DNA of 64,000 nucleotides from Acidimicrobiales bacterium (GTDB lineage Bacteria; Actinomycetota; Acidimicrobiia; Acidimicrobiales; AC-14): NCBI GenBank assembly GCA_050742435.1, contig JBOGIE010000001.1, positions 1,188 to 65,187 of the forward strand, read 5' to 3'. Shown piece by piece: positions 62,792 to 64,000 of this stretch (position 1 is its first letter; each line of letters starts with the position of its first letter). The notes under the pieces were generated by a model. It saw only the letters and a program-made list of their open reading frames with translations, ran no database searches and was not told where the DNA came from. The position numbers and the translations under genes were made by a program.

Positions 62792-63034
62792 TCAGTCGAC
62801 CTCGATGAAGATGCACTCCCCGGGGCACTCCTCGGCGGACTCGATCGTGCCGTCCTCCTGGCCCGCAGGTACGACGGCGAGGCCCTCGACGCCACCCGGG
62901 TCGCTGAAGACCTTGCCACCCTCCTTGACGTAGGCCAGGCCGTCGTCGAGCAGCGTGAACACGTCGGGGGCGATCTCCTCGCAGAGACCGTCGCCGGTGC
63001 ACAGATCCTGGTCGATCCAGACCTTCATCGCCAT
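62792..63034 (-). CDS. Small ferredoxin (single Fe-S cluster type)
   Basis: 80 aa. KVWIDQDLCTGDGLCEEIAPDVF ... ECPGECIF matches the CxxxxxC...CP pattern of actinobacterial 3Fe/4Fe ferredoxins. Confidence 0.8.
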   Translation of the reverse strand: MAMKVWIDQDLCTGDGLCEEIAPDVFTLLDDGLAYVKEGGKVFSDPGGVEGLAVVPAGQEDGTIESAEECPGECIFIEVD

Positions 63035-63152
63035 GGGAAGCCTCTTCCTCGTTGTCGGGGGGATGCCCTCCGTGGGGCTGCACGACCAATTTACCCGGAA
63101 TTGCCCGGGAAAACCAGCGACCCCGGGGTTACCCTGGTTCGGGAGAGGCCCG

Positions 63153-64000
63153 GTGTACGGTGGTCCCCATCGAGGGCGACCCGAGGAGGTGAGTCCGGCG
63201 TCCAGTTCCGAGTTCGAACGTCGGCTGTCAGCCTACGAGCAGCAGGTCCAGGGCCTGCTCGAGCAGGTCAAGTCTCTGGAGGAGGAGGTCATCGGCCTCC
63301 GGCGCAAGCTGCAGGACGCCCCCAAGCGGGTCCGCACCCTGGAGGAGCGCCTCCTGGAGACCAAGGGGCAGCTGGCCCAGGCCACGTCCCAGAACGAGAA
63401 GCTCTCCTACACCCTGCGCGAGGCGCGCGACCACATCGCCGAGCTGCGCCGCGAGGTCGAGAAGCTCACCCAGCCCCCGTCCGCCTACGGCACCCTGCTG
63501 GCCCGCAACGACGACGGCACCGTAGACGTGTTCTCGGGCGGCCGGAAGATGCGGGTGGCCCTCCACCCCGAGCTGGAGGACACCGACCTGACCCGCGGCC
63601 AGGAGGTCGTGCTCAACGAGTCGCTCAACATCGTCCTGGCCCGCTCGGCCGAGATGAACGGCGAGGTCGTCACCCTCAAGGAGCTGCTCGAGGACGGGAA
63701 GCGGGCCATCGTCCTGGGCCGCGCCGACGAGGAGCGGGTGGTGGAGCTGGCCGAGATGATCCTGGGCGAGAAGCTGCGGGCCGGCGACAGCATCCTCATG
63801 GACTCCCGCACCGGGCTCCTCCTGGAGCGCCTGCCCCGTCCCGAGGTGGAGGAGCTCATCCTCGAAGAGGTTCCCGACATCTCCTACGACGACGTGGGAG
63901 GCCTCGACGACCAGATCGAGCAGATCACCGACGCGGTCGAGCTGCCCTTCCTCCACCGCGAGCTGTTCATCGAGCACAAGCTGCCCGCGCCCAAGGGCAT
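63153..64000 (+). CDS. mpa: Proteasome-associated AAA ATPase Mpa/ARC, 5' part (runs off the window)
   Basis: This gene is absent from the ORF track because it has no stop in the window. My translation from GTG 63153 (or GTG 63189) gives a coiled coil, then QPPSAYGTLLARNDDGTVDVFSGGRKMRV ... EEVPDISYDDVGGLDDQIEQITDAVELPFLHRELF. This is collinear with mycobacterial Mpa as I recall it. Confidence 0.85.
   Translation, partial: MYGGPHRGRPEEVSPASSSEFERRLSAYEQQVQGLLEQVKSLEEEVIGLRRKLQDAPKRVRTLEERLLETKGQLAQATSQNEKLSYTLREARDHIAELRREVEKLTQPPSAYGTLLARNDDGTVDVFSGGRKMRVALHPELEDTDLTRGQEVVLNESLNIVLARSAEMNGEVVTLKELLEDGKRAIVLGRADEERVVELAEMILGEKLRAGDSILMDSRTGLLLERLPRPEVEELILEEVPDISYDDVGGLDDQIEQITDAVELPFLHRELFIEHKLPAPKG

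Noticed and set aside
63035-63152. CCCGG-AATTG-CCCGG direct repeats and an AT-richer patch between the ferredoxin gene and mpa, considered as a specific operator.
   Set aside because: The repeats are very short (5 bp) and would be expected by chance. This is probably just the divergent promoter region.
1-64000. A search by eye of the intergenic regions for rRNA, tRNA, tmRNA, transposase or IS ends, and toxin-antitoxin or defence-system genes.
   Set aside because: I found nothing resembling them. All gaps over 100 bp (18880-18987, 29641-29767, 36120-36457, 41908-42086, 55048-55189, 63035-63152) lack tRNA-like cloverleaf potential by eye. A tRNAscan/Infernal run is still needed to be certain.

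Overview
This is a 64-kb, very GC-rich, gene-dense chromosomal segment with actinobacterial hallmarks: fbiC (F420), opcA, senX3/regX3, an Rpf-like protein, a MarP-like protease, and Mpa/ARC at the 3' edge. I support about 60 CDS. I found no rRNA, tRNA, CRISPR array, transposase or integrase. All homology calls were made by eye from the translated ORF track and from motifs I recognise. No searches or statistics were run.

Gene content from left to right:
- **1-8.6 kb:** membrane and glycosyltransferase-like genes, PadR, a TetR-MFS efflux pair, an F420-type LLM oxidoreductase, secreted HExxH protein A, and a LOG-family protein.
- **8.6-18.9 kb:** fbiC, then a pgl-opcA-zwf-tal pentose-phosphate operon preceded by a FIST-domain gene, with tkt transcribed divergently.
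- **19-23.3 kb:** TetR, DedA, DUF3052, an HTH gene, and a radical-SAM plus methyltransferase cassette.
- **23.8-27.2 kb:** a second, divergent Pst-like ABC system with a fused permease.
- **27.2-29.6 kb:** OsmC, ArsR, MerR, a CxxC thioredoxin-fold protein, a lipoprotein and a haem-binding protein.
- **29.8-45.7 kb:** a phosphate and polyphosphate supercluster: ppx, a SixA-like gene, Nudix, CYTH-CHAD, ppk1, regX3, surE, pstBACS, an Rpf-like gene, a CtaG-like gene, phoU and senX3.
- **45.8-47 kb:** an alternative-oxidase-like gene.
- **47-50.8 kb:** a fused full-length ABC exporter.
- **50.9-57.8 kb:** acyl-CoA synthetase, PBP4, a Lon-N domain protein, small membrane proteins, trmI, a MarP-like protease and msrB.
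- **57.8-64 kb:** two giant secreted HExxH proteins (B and C), a ferredoxin, and the start of mpa.

Most interesting observations:
1. A three-member family of secreted HExxH proteins that I could not place in any family. All three carry a conserved cysteine-switch-like motif. B and C also carry an FN3 module and three repeats of about 128 aa.
2. A Tes/GDGT-MAS-like radical-SAM gene translationally coupled to an ArsM-like methyltransferase.
3. Both pstS-to-pstC junctions and the CYTH-CHAD gene appear to need non-canonical start codons.
4. A textbook PHO box lies upstream of an apparently leaderless pstS, heading an unusual pstSCAB-surE-regX3 operon.
5. A perfect 30-bp tandem duplication sits at the pstB/surE junction.

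The many long ORFs antisense to, or out of frame with, real genes are shadow ORFs caused by the scarcity of stop codons in GC-rich DNA.
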